A stretch of DNA of 64,000 bases from assembly GCA_040437565.1 (NCBI GenBank), contig JBDOQK010000016.1, forward strand, positions 496,001 to 560,000, written 5' to 3'. Made by a program: the position numbers and the translations under genes. Below, one piece after another: positions 13,886 through 26,896 of the stretch (position 1 is its first letter; each line of letters begins with the position of its first letter). Source of the DNA: Albugo candida. Lineage: Eukaryota. Under the pieces are notes generated by a model. The model saw nothing but the letters and a program-made list of their open reading frames with translations, did not search any database and had not been told where the DNA came from.

Positions 13886-16710
13886 TCAATTAAATCCCCA
13901 TCGCCCTATTTTGAGATTTGCTGTACATCAGACCTTTACTTGTTTATCAAGAAAATGCTGTTTGTGACATGAGAGATGAACAGAAGTTTGATCCCAACAT
14001 TGTTAACTAGACACTTTTACAGCCGAGGAAGCACAGTCTTGAACACTTTCTTCTGTTGCATACGATGTCGCTGTCGCAATGTACAAAAATGGATCAATTT
14101 TTTTCATAGTGCCTATTGACAAACCAGTCGGCATTTACTCAACATCTCTGTATGCATGTAGAAAAGCTAAATTAACTTTAGTTATTTGAGAAATGCTCTT
14201 GATTTGATAGAAAAAGGTGCACATGTCGATGCCGTGTAATACGGAAATGATGCTGATCAGGGTTTAAGACTGATGTGTTTGGTTAATCTACTCATATCAT
14301 ATACACAGAGCTTAGCCTTTTGATGTATTGTAGCTGACGTTGCTATACGAGTAAATTTAATTTTGAGACAGCTACATTCGTTATGAAAAAGGCAAGTACG
14401 CATTTGAAATCATGGCGAGCACTACGACACATGCGCAATATAGTGATAGACTTATTGTACATATCTTTGGATCGATTATTCTGATTACCATAAGGTACCG
14501 CATGAGATTGTCGCAGCTTACTATTACGCAGCAAATAAGTACTCTATCCTTCTATACACTTGGCCAAACATATAAAAGATCGATGGTCCCAAACTTGATA
14601 ACATGATACAGCAGAGAGGTTCGCTGCGCTGAGAGGGAAGGCAGAAGAACGCTTGTAACCTTGTACTATGGGCCGTGCGTTCCATATAGAATATGTTCGA
14701 TCCCCTATTTATTCTGAAGACGCGCTTCGCGCGTCGGAAAGGTTTTGTTCGGATCGAAAGTGATATGAGTCATGTGGCCAAGCTGATGCACGGAGGTAGA
14801 AAGTAGAGAAGAATCTTTAGGAGCTAGAACGGTCGGTAATGGCTAATATGTGCCATATAATCACCCTTTCATCGACAATTAGACCGTCTCTTCCAATATC
14901 AACATGATCTCTTGATGACTTTGAATGCTTAGTGAACCCATTCAAGGACAGATACGGATCGAACAAGCAGATTTTGAGAATAGTATATCGTAGATGGTGT
15001 TTAAAGGTTACTTCGATTATTATTCATGTTAGCAAGAGGCTAGAAGAACATCTAATCTGACGCATAGGTTCATCAATGATGCAATGATTTATGAGAAGGG
15101 TTTTCTGTAGTCACCAAATACAGTGTACACCGTGTCACTTGGAGTCGAGCTCAACTGTTGCGAGTCCCCATTGTCATCTATTCAGTAGAAAATGGTCTGA
15201 TGTAGGCTGACTTGTTTTTTCTGATTTTCATGATACAGGTCAGCCACTTAAAAGTGCGCACAAACTGCACGTTTCATACGATTGCACCTTGTCGAACGAG
15301 AACCTTGAGCAATATGATAGGGTCTTTATCCCTCGGGATATAGATATGATGCACAATTGCTTACTCATAACACCGTCCACATCAAACCTGAGAATAAAAG
15401 TAAGCAATTTAAGCTCTTGGCAATGTGGTTGAGTATGTGAAGAAGCCATTAGACTAGTAGATCCCTTAAGCTCCATCACTGCTTGCTGGAGAACTTGCTG
15501 GGTAGAAACTTCCTCTCCTTTCGATAGTGTTGGCAAGTTGACTGCTAACATAGGCATTTTGAATAGCTCCCATTGTATCGTAATCTGGGCTGAAACTTTC
15601 AAATGGCTCCTGTTCCAGCACCAGNNNNNNNNNNNNNNNNNNNNNNNNNNNNNNNNNNNNNNNNNNNNNNNNNNNNNNNNNNNNNNNNNNNNNNNNNNNN
15701 NNNNNNNNNNNNNNNNNNNNNNNNACTCCCCAGTACCAAACTGAGAAATATGTGTGTGTTTCTATAGACTTGGTCGTTTATCAACATACATTGAACAGGA
15801 TCAAAAGAGTACAAGCGAATAAAATCCTCCAGCAAAAAACAAGAGATTTTGAAGCAAAACACACCAAAGAACACTCCTGACGGTATGAACACTAGTGCTT
15901 CATGGCTATATTTCCTTCTGATTCGGGTGAATTGAGACATTACGGAAGGATTAGTTCATTCTGGAGGAGATGCCAACAATCCAAGCAATCCTTTCGATCA
16001 GGACGATCCTTTTGGCAACGTCACTTCGGACCGCGACATATTGGCGCCATACGAAATGGCACATGATGTCGACATCATTTTTTAGTATTGCCTGTCTACA
16101 TTTGCAACAGAACGTGCCGATGAGAGTGACTTGCAAGTGTCTATACAACTAAACTGTCTATTGATTTGCCTTATTTGAGCAAACCTTAATACTATCTGTA
16201 GCCATGAAAACCCATTGTATGGCTATGCAGAAAAGCATTTTGTTTTACGAGACACACGCCCTTCATCTTTCATCTGCTTTAAAGTCCGTCGCACTCCTCT
16301 TCGCCTCGAGAAACGACTCTGTTGGGAGAAAGGAATGCTTCAGACTCCTCTTTTGGANNNNNNNNNNNNNNNNNNNNNNNNNNNNNNNNNNNNNNNNNNN
16401 NNNNNNNNNNNNNNNNNNNNNNNNNNNNNNNNNNNNNNNNNNNNNNNNNNNNNNNNNAATGGCGATATGACTAGGGACGAGCGATTAACAATTTGGTGCA
16501 AGCATACGTCCGTTACCAATTAGAGCAGAAATTGACTCAGTGAGTATGTAAGGCTTCTACAGCTTTACATCATTCGTATGCTTCGTCGATTCGTGAATGT
16601 TTTAGCCTCCGAGTGAAGACTTGGAGAGCGAAGCCTCGACTTGCTTGCACCGATGATACCACGTATCTGAGTCGCGTTCCTCATCGCAAATTGCATCGTT
16701 GATGCTGTCA

Positions 16711-19334
16711 TCAAATAATCATTGTCGATGATGCGATTGTAGCAGTATTGCTGGTGGCATCGTCTTCTGCTGTTGTGTTCACTTTTTTGTTCAAATGATT
16801 GGGAATTGCAGAACTGATTGAGTATACATCTGCTGGTAACAAAAAGAAGCTCGAAGCCTTCATTTCCAAGTCGTTCCGATCTTGCTCACTCTCATAAGTG
16901 AACCAGGAGAGAGCGATCTCCGAGTCAGCGTTTGTAGTCTTTGAACGATGAACACAGCTTCTATGAGCGTTTGGACATGACTGAAAATCGCTTTCCATGA
17001 CGCACAAAATCCAGTTATTCACATCCTTCACCACAGACCCACAGATTCCATTGGGATTATCTTTCCGGGCAGAATCGATTGAAATCGAAGAGAATGGGAA
17101 CAACACTTCAGCGTACGCTTGTGCTTTGTTGCGAGCATCGGAATGCTTTCCGTTGTTATGGAGAAAGTGGTGACATAGTTGACGCCATTTGAACTCGTCA
17201 TTTGACAGAGCTAAGCAGCGGGTATCCGACGTGCAAATTGAGTCATAAGCGCGTTTGAAAAAAACCGATGCAGATTCCACTTGCGGGATATACAGTAGAA
17301 CACATTTGGCAAGTCTTGATAATATCGCTGCATCTTGTTCGAAATCGGTCCAAAACCATTCCGGTGACGCATTATTTCGACTCCTTTCCCATGTCACACC
17401 GTCTTCAAAAATGCCTTTCTTATTGATATAATGACTCAATTGATCCAATAAGACTCTCCGAGTGCTAAGGTACTCTTCACTTTTCATCGTATTGGCATGA
17501 GACGGATGTCGCAACGTATCATACTGAGATCCACTTAGCTGCTCGTGAACATTAACGATCATGTTGTTGACTCTGCGTCTTCCAACTGAAGACAGACCTG
17601 TTCCATGAATGCGTGGATCGAGCAGTAATGCGACAAGTTGATGTTCTTGGATAGTTTCTTGAACGATATTTAACCACGAAAGCTCAAACGCGTTGATTTC
17701 TTCACTTGTTAATACACTCGGAATCTCATCCAAAGACGTTTTAATGTCTCGCGTGACGGATAGAATCCACAGCCAGCATTCCAGAATTTGACTTGATGAT
17801 ACTTGTAGCGTTTCGCTTGCCGCAAAAAGCCACACAAACGGTTTGAAAATTTGATGAAGTGCAGACAAACGATACCAAAAGTGATTTTCTTTTTGGAAGT
17901 AATCCATCACACGCTTTCGATGTTGACCGATGCATTGATCTTCATTTGTGTGGGCCAGATAGTCATCTTCGAGTAACGCGTTCTGAAGCTCTTGGTGTAC
18001 ATTCAGCAGTCTATTGATCAGTATTGGTACGTATTTCCACGAAAGATGACCGCGTTCATCGTTTTTTTCGATCTGAAATTGCAAAAAATGTCGACAACAA
18101 TAATCAGAGCCCAATGCGAGTGATTCCTTGTACACAAGCGCTTCTTGTTGTTCCAATGTGATCAAAGAATCAATGAGTCTGCTCGCCTCCTCCAGAGTTG
18201 TGATTACGCCAGAGCTGGATGCTAGTAGCTTTTTCAACATGTAAAAACTCTGTCGGATCAAACAGCTTCCAAATAACTTGATACGTCTCTCTTCACCAAG
18301 CATATCGGTCACTGATGTGCACTTTTCAGGAATGCACAAATTGACCATACAATTCTGCGATATTCGAACTTCCAATTCAAAAAGCGCTTTTTCCAATGTC
18401 AACCGCAGTCGCTGGCAAGGCGTCTCAGATGATGGGTTTGAGCTTTTACAGGAGGTCCACAATTCGAATTGGCGGCGATCGTCAAAGAGCATGACATCAA
18501 CGCTATCATCCTTATAATTCTGTTGTATTAACGTCAAATACTGAGTTTTCTTGATAAGATCTTCAATATCACTATCCAATTGCTTGTAAAGTGTCACCAA
18601 TCCATCGACCGGATCGATCCATAATCCATGACCGGAATGACAATTTGTATCGGAAAGAGTAGTGTTCCCATGCTTTCCATTCACAGGCGAGAGTCCCGTA
18701 ATTGAGAAAGTGAATTTTTGGAAAGCTTTACGAAGGTCTTCATCTTTGAGGAAAAAAACTGGAAGAGTATTGGTCGCACATACGCTGATAAATCGCTTGA
18801 CAAAGAGATTCCAATGCTCAAAGAAACCGGTGGACATTAATTGAGATTCAGAATGCATCAATCCGTTGTCGTTCATATATGCGACCAAATTGGCGCTCTT
18901 AGGGTCAGAGTTGAGCTTCATTTTCTGTTTTAATGGAAACGTTGTGTTTGTGGGACTTATTTCTCGGGTTCTTTTTGTGTGTTTTTCTCGTTCACAATCT
19001 AATTGTACGTTTTCAGGCGCGTGCGGACATTTGAAGAGAATATGGTGAGCCATACGGGAAGCAACGCCAGCGCATCGAAAAGAGCAGAATTTGCATTGTG
19101 CGTGCACTTTATTCTGTTCCATTCGAAGTTGAGAGAAATACTCCCACACAGCACTGGGACGTCTTCCAGACCGCTGGTGCGATTTCTTGAAGGTTTCTAA
19201 TGGAGTTTCGACATTAGGCAGCACGTGAGGGTCAACTAAAGTGATTTGATGAGCTAAAGTATGGAGGACGGGGTCGTTAGATACGATAGAAATCTCGAGA
19301 AAAGGAGTGGCTTACCTTTTGACGATGCATTCAT
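16711..19334 (-). CDS. BED zinc-finger protein derived from a hAT transposase (probably domesticated)
   Basis: zf-BED SAVWEYF...CKFC...HILFKC, hAT-like ALLLDPR and hATC-like WFW...LSRLAKCVLLYIP. Predicted exon 1 (ATG 19334, MNASSK) plus intron 19254-19315 is in frame with the 837-aa ORF. Confidence 0.75.
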
Positions 19335-19915
19335 TTTAGACGTTCTTTGTCAAAATATATAGTATAAGAGACATGCGATTAAGTACGATTGAATATGTGG
19401 TTGCTATTTCATTTAGAACGACAATGACAAGAACTTGGCTTGCGGCACGATACAATTCAGTTTGATTTTGGCACTCACTGTGGGTAAAGCTGCTACCTTT
19501 AGTGCTTGCAGTGTTGGGGACGTATACTGTATATTCTTCCAGCGAGCGTAGATCATGAGACGGCGAACGGATGACTTGACTGCTATCCTTCTATATACAT
19601 GAAGGTATGATGTTGTCGTTTCTGACTGAGTTGAGTTGGAACAGAGAATTTGCACACCGCAAAACGACGTCAGCATGCAACTTTGGCCGATTGTTTCACT
19701 GATGGGAACGATGGACAGCATTCATTCCAAACATCGCACCAAGAAACCGGTTTGCGCACTCATCATACTTTTTGTATCCAGATCGCCGTGATCGATGTGG
19801 TACCCGGATACTGTAATGGTTCTTCATGTAATTAACGCTGTCGGCCCGGATGAGAGTCGAAACGAATACGAATAGAACGCCCTTGTAATTGTTGCATGTT
19901 GTACTTACATTTGAG

Positions 19916-20386
19916 CAAAACGTTGCTTTGACACTATGCATCTCTCGTTGCTTTCCTCCAGTGCGCAGGACACCAAGATCTTTGAATATAACTGCTTTTT
20001 TAATTAGGTTAACTGTCAAGTTGTTTTCTATAACTAAATACTATTTATCTATGAAAATCTGCATTATTGGCTTGTGGTAGACTTCTACTATAACTTCCAT
20101 ATCACCCGCATATTTCACCTGCCGCTATTTTTGGATCTCACGGTACACGTTGCCGCCAGATCTAAAAATAGCTCTTCCGCATNNNNNNNNNNNNNNNNNN
20201 NNNNNNNNNNNNNNNNNNNNNNNNNNNNNNNNNNNNNNNNNNNNNNNNNNNNNNNNNNNNNNNNNNNNNNNNNNNNNNNNNNATGCCCACCTCCAGGTGC
20301 TGTTTTTGACCAAGTCGAAATTGTCAATTAAAGGAAGATCGTCTCAAAAATGTCATCCTCAGTGCAGGTCGCTCCCACCCGCATGT
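19916..20386 (+). repeat. Second copy of both ends of the 35627-37846 element, interior in gap 20183-20282
   Basis: 19916-20182 matches 35627-35892 (near-identical from ~20003). 20283-20386 is identical to 37687-37790. Confidence 0.9.
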
Positions 20387-20459
20387 ACGTGTGCTGTACG
20401 AAATCAATGAGCTGCAGTCACAGCTAATACATATTTCTTCGCATTTGAACCCAACTCAG

Positions 20460-21185
20460 GTCACTCACAATATGCAAAACCAAACGGGTCGGTGCTAAAA
20501 AAGGTATTCATTTATATCCGACACTTTTCGATACGAATTCAGCTCGTACATCACTTCTTAGGCTTTGAGCTTTTGGAAAAAAGCGGATGCACTGAAAATG
20601 CGCTTTCAAGCAATGCTAGGTGAAATCCAGAAGGTGTACCTTCAAATGTAGAAAAGATTGGGCTCAGAGAATTTGTTCATGTGTCAGACAAAAACAGCAA
20701 TGTCCAATGAAGCAGCAGAAGCTTTTTTTTCACTTACTCAGGCTCAGTACGAAGCGGAAGATTTTCGTAATAAGGTGATCGAATCAGTTTCGACGGCATA
20801 AATTTGTATGCGGAATCGGATTGATAATGTCGCTGGAGTGAAACTCCCGGTGTTCACAGAGGTCGAAGTCAGCCGCGATAAGTCTGACAATATCGATCTG
20901 TCGGGTGGCGGAGGAAAAATCCAGCTATGTCGAGAAAAGTTTCGAACTCTGCTCAGTGCTCTCATCAAATTGGCATCTTTACAGATTGGAGACTGAAAAT
21001 GAGATACGTTTGCGTTTCTTACAGCTTTTCCATGAGAAGACTTCTTTTCTTACATTGGATGAAACTCTGAAAGTCACAAATCGCAGAGTCAACGCACTTG
21101 ACAATTTATTATCCATATTTGTTCTCTTATCACATATTTTGAACAAAATTTCTTCGTGTAGGTAACAATCCCACGCATCGTGAGG
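20460..21185 (+). pseudogene. ATP6V1D: V-type ATPase subunit D pseudogene (intron-containing, truncated)
   Basis: Reads GAKKG/FELL..ADALKMRF, NVAGVKLPVF, LIKLASLQ, TSFLTLDETLKVTNRRVNALDN, VTIPRI. There is a frameshift in the A-run at ~20577, an in-frame TAA at ~20799, and the C-terminus is missing. Confidence 0.85.
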
Positions 21186-21433
21186 TCAGTACACTTGGAA
21201 CCAATAACGACGATCGGGTGAATCTGAGATTGATGGCGAGTATCCGCTGCAATCAATTGTAGCGTGGGATATTGGTTTTTTCGGATTCAAAAAAAGCAAA
21301 TCATCCAGGTCATTCTTAATCAATAATGCCGCTTTTAGTCGTGGTAGACAACTCGACCGTACTCGATCACATAACCTGCGTGCAGAGAAGCACGATTTCA
21401 TGGCTGCACAGTATTTTGTTGTATGAGCTGATT
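21186..21433 (-). repeat. Inverted diverged copy of ~5735-5987
   Basis: Reverse complement aligns with 5735-5987 (shared IKNDLDDLLFL.PK.PISHAT..CSGYSPSISDSPDR). Confidence 0.9.
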
Positions 21434-21533
21434 NNNNNNNNNNNNNNNNNNNNNNNNNNNNNNNNNNNNNNNNNNNNNNNNNNNNNNNNNNNNNNNNNNN
21501 NNNNNNNNNNNNNNNNNNNNNNNNNNNNNNNNN

Positions 21534-21915
21534 CAATATTCTTGAGCAGTACTATTGGAATACGAAGGCTCAATCGCATCGGCAACCACCGTGTACTAAT
21601 GCCTTATGTCGTGCATCTCTGCTTTGCTCCATGCAGTGGTGGACTACAGCGGACGAGTATCAAGGCTGTCTCAATACAACAGAGTTTTATCTTTCGACTT
21701 CAACATTTTCGACAGCTGATGATAATTTGAACCAAAAGCATGATTCTTCCTTCTTTGGAATTTGCGTCACTTTCATTCTGACGGTCGTTCAGTTCGGAGT
21801 GAGTATACTGGTGCTGGGTGGAATTTACATAGGAATACATGCTCAGCTTTATGCGAGTGGAACAAGGCTAAGAAATGTGGGAAGTGCAAACAATGAACGT
21901 TGCCCAATGCTCTAG
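21534..21915 (+). CDS. 3' end of a second sphingomyelinase-like phosphodiesterase paralog
   Basis: Identical to 4935-5068 (reverse complement), then a diverged but open frame to the stop. The 3' flank 21915-22185 is paralogous to 4405-4687. Confidence 0.65.
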
Positions 21916-24900
21916 CGTGAGATGGTATAGCTGTATTCTCAATCATATATATCTATGCTGCATGTACGCAGTAATCTATATTTTGCTTTTCCAGACGCTC
22001 GGATCATGGCAAAGTTGATGACTCTTGAATGTGGCTCGCGAGGAACGCAACGGAATCGGGTCATACATGCAGAACAACGATCATTCGATGCCATCGCAGC
22101 AATCCGTTTTTTTATTTTGTATACCTGCAACCTGAGAACATTTCAAGCATACTGAGTACATTGACATCAAAACATCAAACCTATCTGATACTTGGCGTCG
22201 CTTATTGAATGATCTTGGTTCAGCTTTAGCTAGTCGTTTTTCGGCGAAACGCACCGACAGTTGCACCAGGGAGTGATAGCAAGTCCGAAAGTGTTTGTCT
22301 TCTTCAACGTTGTATTAGATATCAATGTCGTCAAAAGGTGACGACTGTAGTATTGCTTTCGGCTGACAAAGTCCTGTGCAGAAAGAAGTTTAGATACCCT
22401 CAAATCTCTCATATTGAATCGTTAAGGCGCTCAATCAACACAAAGAACGGAAACGCAAGTGGAAGATGTCCGTTCACGACATCAAGCAAACACGAAGTAC
22501 GCGATCACAACTCGGCACTTAAAAAACACAATCAGAATCAGGAGGTACGTCTTCCCTCGGATGTTGCAATAGAAATGGCACGCTTTGATTTGGATAAATA
22601 CCTCAATGAGCTTACAAATTTCTCACTGACTTGAGAAAAAAAGTATCTTCCGGAGTCGATGTTGTCAACAGCCTCAGGTTAATACGTTATTGTGGAGCTC
22701 CTCAAAAGGTTATTTGCACTCTATCCTGTCCTTGTTTGTCTTTCACTTGAAGGATGAAAAAGATGCACAATAATGACGATCGATGTTCCATAATAAAAGT
22801 AGGCAATGTTGCTAAGGTAAGGTGGTATCACAGATTGCAATTATCTGTTTGACAAGTACCAAAAAGACGGATTGGGGACGCAAAGTGAAAGTCGTAAATC
22901 TGCAGTATGGTGAGGTAGAGCGTCAGCAAGCGTTCGTCTTGAATTGCGTGTGAAAATACAACCAAAAGAAGTGCCAAACAACGCAACGTTTCTAGCGACA
23001 AGCAGAGAGTGGAATGGTGTGTCCTAACTTGGAAATCTGGAACTAGGTCACACGGAATTGAGTTCTTCCAAACAAACAGTTGGCATGTATCGTGACGGAC
23101 ATGATGTTATTGTTACTAAACTGGTCGGAACTTTCAATTTGACCGACAGCTTAGTTTTCTACGACCTCTAGCACTCTGTATTTGTCTTTCCAAATAGAAT
23201 TGGACAAATGAGTAAAAACACAGTCACCCTGTAAGCGTTTTTGATGTTCAAACACACGCAAGATGACTGAAAACCACAAGAGCTTTCTGAAGAGTTTCTG
23301 CATTCCATCGTTGTAACAAAGAAAACTTAGCTTTCACGTGGTAAATATGAATTAATATGGCTGTTTGGCATCGTTTTGCCATGATGTTCGCACTTCACGA
23401 CGAATGTGCGTTTTTCCGTCAAGAAGGAAGCATGCTCTGAATTCAACTAAAGCCGTTCCTACCGAAGTAGTCGCATAATTTACAGAGGCGATGATGCTAC
23501 AGTTAGAGCATCAAAAGTGATTGGTGTACGTCACTACAATACTCGTAAAAGCTCGCAATACAGTGGCAGGCAATTACCAAGGCTCCAAAGCACATTGGTT
23601 TTTGCGTGCATCAACTCATCCTTCACGTACGACTTCAATAGAAAGTCGCGATCGTTCATATTATCTTTTCCAAGGCCACGTAGCAATTTGAATTGAATCT
23701 TAATTTCCGTCGCGATTGTGCAGTGTTCTCTTTTTTTGCAGTTGACTACGAAACAAAATATGAGGCGGGAGATAAGCAAATTCGGAATACGATGCAACAA
23801 ACCTTCCAGAAGCTAGACGATGATGCTGCTTTAATAATGCGGACAAAAACCACTGTCCAAATTATATCCTTCTCGAGTTAGTCAGGAAAATTGTAGCATT
23901 GATTAGTGTCTATTGAAATGGAAGCGCGCCATGTATATCCTCGCGATAAGCATGTCATTATTTTGAATACAGTTAGTCGCATCCTATGTCTCCACAGGAT
24001 GTTGTGAGCTCAATGCCATAGTTTTGTCGTCGCGTTCTGACTAGCATTGACATCTATGCAGAATCAAAAAGCACACTCTTGTAGGCTTGCCAGCGCTCTT
24101 GTTTGTTGCTACTATTTGATTTTTTTCGCGGTGACTATTTGAAGTGGAATGAACCAGCTTGCGACAAGATATTGTGTGATGTAGTTCTTTTCATATCGAT
24201 GTTTCCAATGGTGCATTTACGCATAGTCGATTGCAAAAAAGTATACATTGCTACAAAGTAATCATCTATCGTAATCTTCCCATGTCGCTCTTTCCGCTGC
24301 ATTTGCTGGGGTCAATCAAAATTTTGTACTCCGTGTATCGACACGTGAACGAGTCGTGTATATCTCGCGTTACTCCAGTGATAATGCGAGCCTTGCACAA
24401 TGGTTTCACGGAATATGTTGACACAAACACAATATTTGGACAAGAGTGTATCCACCAGTTTTGAAGCTTCGACAAGTTGATATAACGTTCTCAACGTGTT
24501 TCGACCCATCAATTTCGAAGCTGCTTCATTGGACTTCTCCTCGTCTCACTTTACACAAGAACTTGACATAGATTCCCATTGCCAAACATCCAGAATCGTT
24601 TCCTCCTTCCTTGCCCCCTTCTACCAACTCGTTCGTAACACCGAAAATTGGTATAATACCAGACCTTTTCTTGGTGCAATGTAATCATTACTAAGACCAG
24701 ACAAGATGCCTTCGGAACACTCAAAAGCCGGTACGATGCTTTATGAACAGGTCGCCACATAGGTCTACAGGCTCAGATGGAACTTGACAAAAGATAGCCT
24801 GCAATTTGCCTTATTGTCGGTATTGTTAGAGAAGTAGGATCAACCCCGCCACGTTTGCTGAAGAAAGACATTCTCTTAGAGTGTATACTCCATATTGCTA

Positions 24901-24929
24901 GGAAGATAGAGGTCATCGTGATAATTACC

Positions 24930-26896
24930 ATGCGAACAAGCATTTTGTTCTCAGTTCCTCTTGGCTCTTACCATGCTGTGGAAACAACGCATATTTGATT
25001 CATACGATGATACCGCAAGAATAGTACAAGATGGTGAGGTGTCACCATTGCATTCGGAGTCTTATCACGCACGCAAACTTCACGCATTACATGCAGAAAT
25101 CGAGTGATTGGGACCTTGCAGCTTCAATTGGGCTTGATATACTGAGCTTTGCTGCAGAGGTTTCGGATGATATTCCATTCTCATACTCGAGAGCAAATGC
25201 ATTGGAATGCGAGAATGTCATTACATTGTTATTTAGAATTATGAGGTATTGGTGGAAGATAATAAACTGGGGCGCGAAACAAGAGAATTGATGATTCTGA
25301 AAGTGGTCCCGTTCGTGTGGTTGATGCTAATTTGGAAAAGAAAAAAAAACAAGGGATAAAAATGAGCACGCGCTGTATCGATGCAAGCAGCGACATTGAA
25401 GGAAACATATTGTCAAAACAGATCAGACTTTTTGGCGTTAAAATCAATGCAGACGTACCAATGGGCACCAGCCAAAGTGACGATGTGTCCAGAGAAGTAT
25501 CTTATTCGAGCCCTCACTCAGTTGAACAACGACACAGCATTGCCTTTTTGCAATATCAAAAAGAAAGCACAACGTTTTGCGTCCTACTCCAACCTATATA
25601 TTATGGACGAAAGATTGCCTTCGTTGTTTGGATCCTCGCGAAAAGTCGAAAGATATCCGATTATACTCTCACACTCTTGAAGGCAACATCGATGGCTAGT
25701 ACGCTATACATCTAATGAAAAACCAGAAAACACAAAGAAGAAATGTAGTAGTATATGTGATTTGATCAAATGGCAATCCGAGAAGGAATGTCAGGTCGCG
25801 CAGCTTGACAATACAGTACAAAAAAGCGCCCAGGCATATTCCAAAGTCTTCGATGACTATGCGTATACTGAATTCGGTGTTACCTACTCGAAATCCAATG
25901 CGGAAAGTTGCTTATCATGTGTCCAATCCAACATCAGCCCGCTTGTTGCGTGCACTCAAAACTGTCAGTTCGATTTTTGCGGCATTACCGAACGAGCGAA
26001 TTCTTTAGTACGCTTTCGAGCAAATTGCAAGGAGAAGAATATCTGCAGCACCATTACCGTTGGGACCGATTCGATGATCGGTTCAGTATCGAGCATCCAG
26101 CGTCGAATTTGAAACATGCAGCTCAAGACTCAAGTGACAGCAAGTTGGAAAGCTGGACAACTCCATATAATTGCATGCATGTAATGACTGCTCCATTTAC
26201 CACGACTAGGAACCACTCACCAATCCAACAAACACCCAAAAAATCCCTCAAAGGTGAGACTGAACCACAGTGTCTCACCTGTTTGCTGGATATGCTCAAG
26301 GTCATGAAGATATTGTTTGAAGTACGACCCATCGCAGTTAAAGAAAAGCTAGTGTTTTTTAGTGGGGAGATAGCCATACAAAATCTGGTGATCAACTGCG
26401 CGGGGAATTTACGAGGGTCACAGGTCTGTCGAAGCCAATTTGTAAATCGTTAGAAGAGAAAGTAGACGTTGATCAACCGGAAGCAACCGGATCTTTTGTC
26501 GCAAATGTCCATACGGATTTGGCGTCGAAACTTCCTTCAGGATCAGAACAGAGATCATCTTTTTATGACGCTAACAAAACTCTTAGTGCTACGTCATCCA
26601 ACGAATTTGTTTGGTTTCTACAACTTGAGGACAAGATAGTTGAATAGTTACAGGATATCAGAAACTTGATATTTTGCATCGCAATGGTCAGCAATTCGTA
26701 CGTTGTCTCAACAAAGTCATGGTTTCTTCTCACCAGCCCTTCCAAGTATGAATATGTCATAAAAGTGTGCAATATACCTGAGGAATTCTACATAACCAAT
26801 TTCCAACCTGGGGAAATGAGCGTTATTTACAGCCCTTGGATATGTACAGTGTGTCGACCTCCTTGGGTTATAGCCGGAACCAACCCCAGAAAATAA
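24930..26896 (+). pseudogene. Probable decayed CHxC/CCG-type secreted effector gene
   Basis: Broken signal-peptide-like start, CHHC at ~25040, later CLSCV and CLTCL modules. Same-strand ORF pieces are separated by stops and frameshifts. Confidence 0.4.

Noticed and set aside
22560-22800. Possible PPP phosphatase N-terminal relic
   Set aside because: Only a faint resemblance, with no GDxHG motif and multiple stops.
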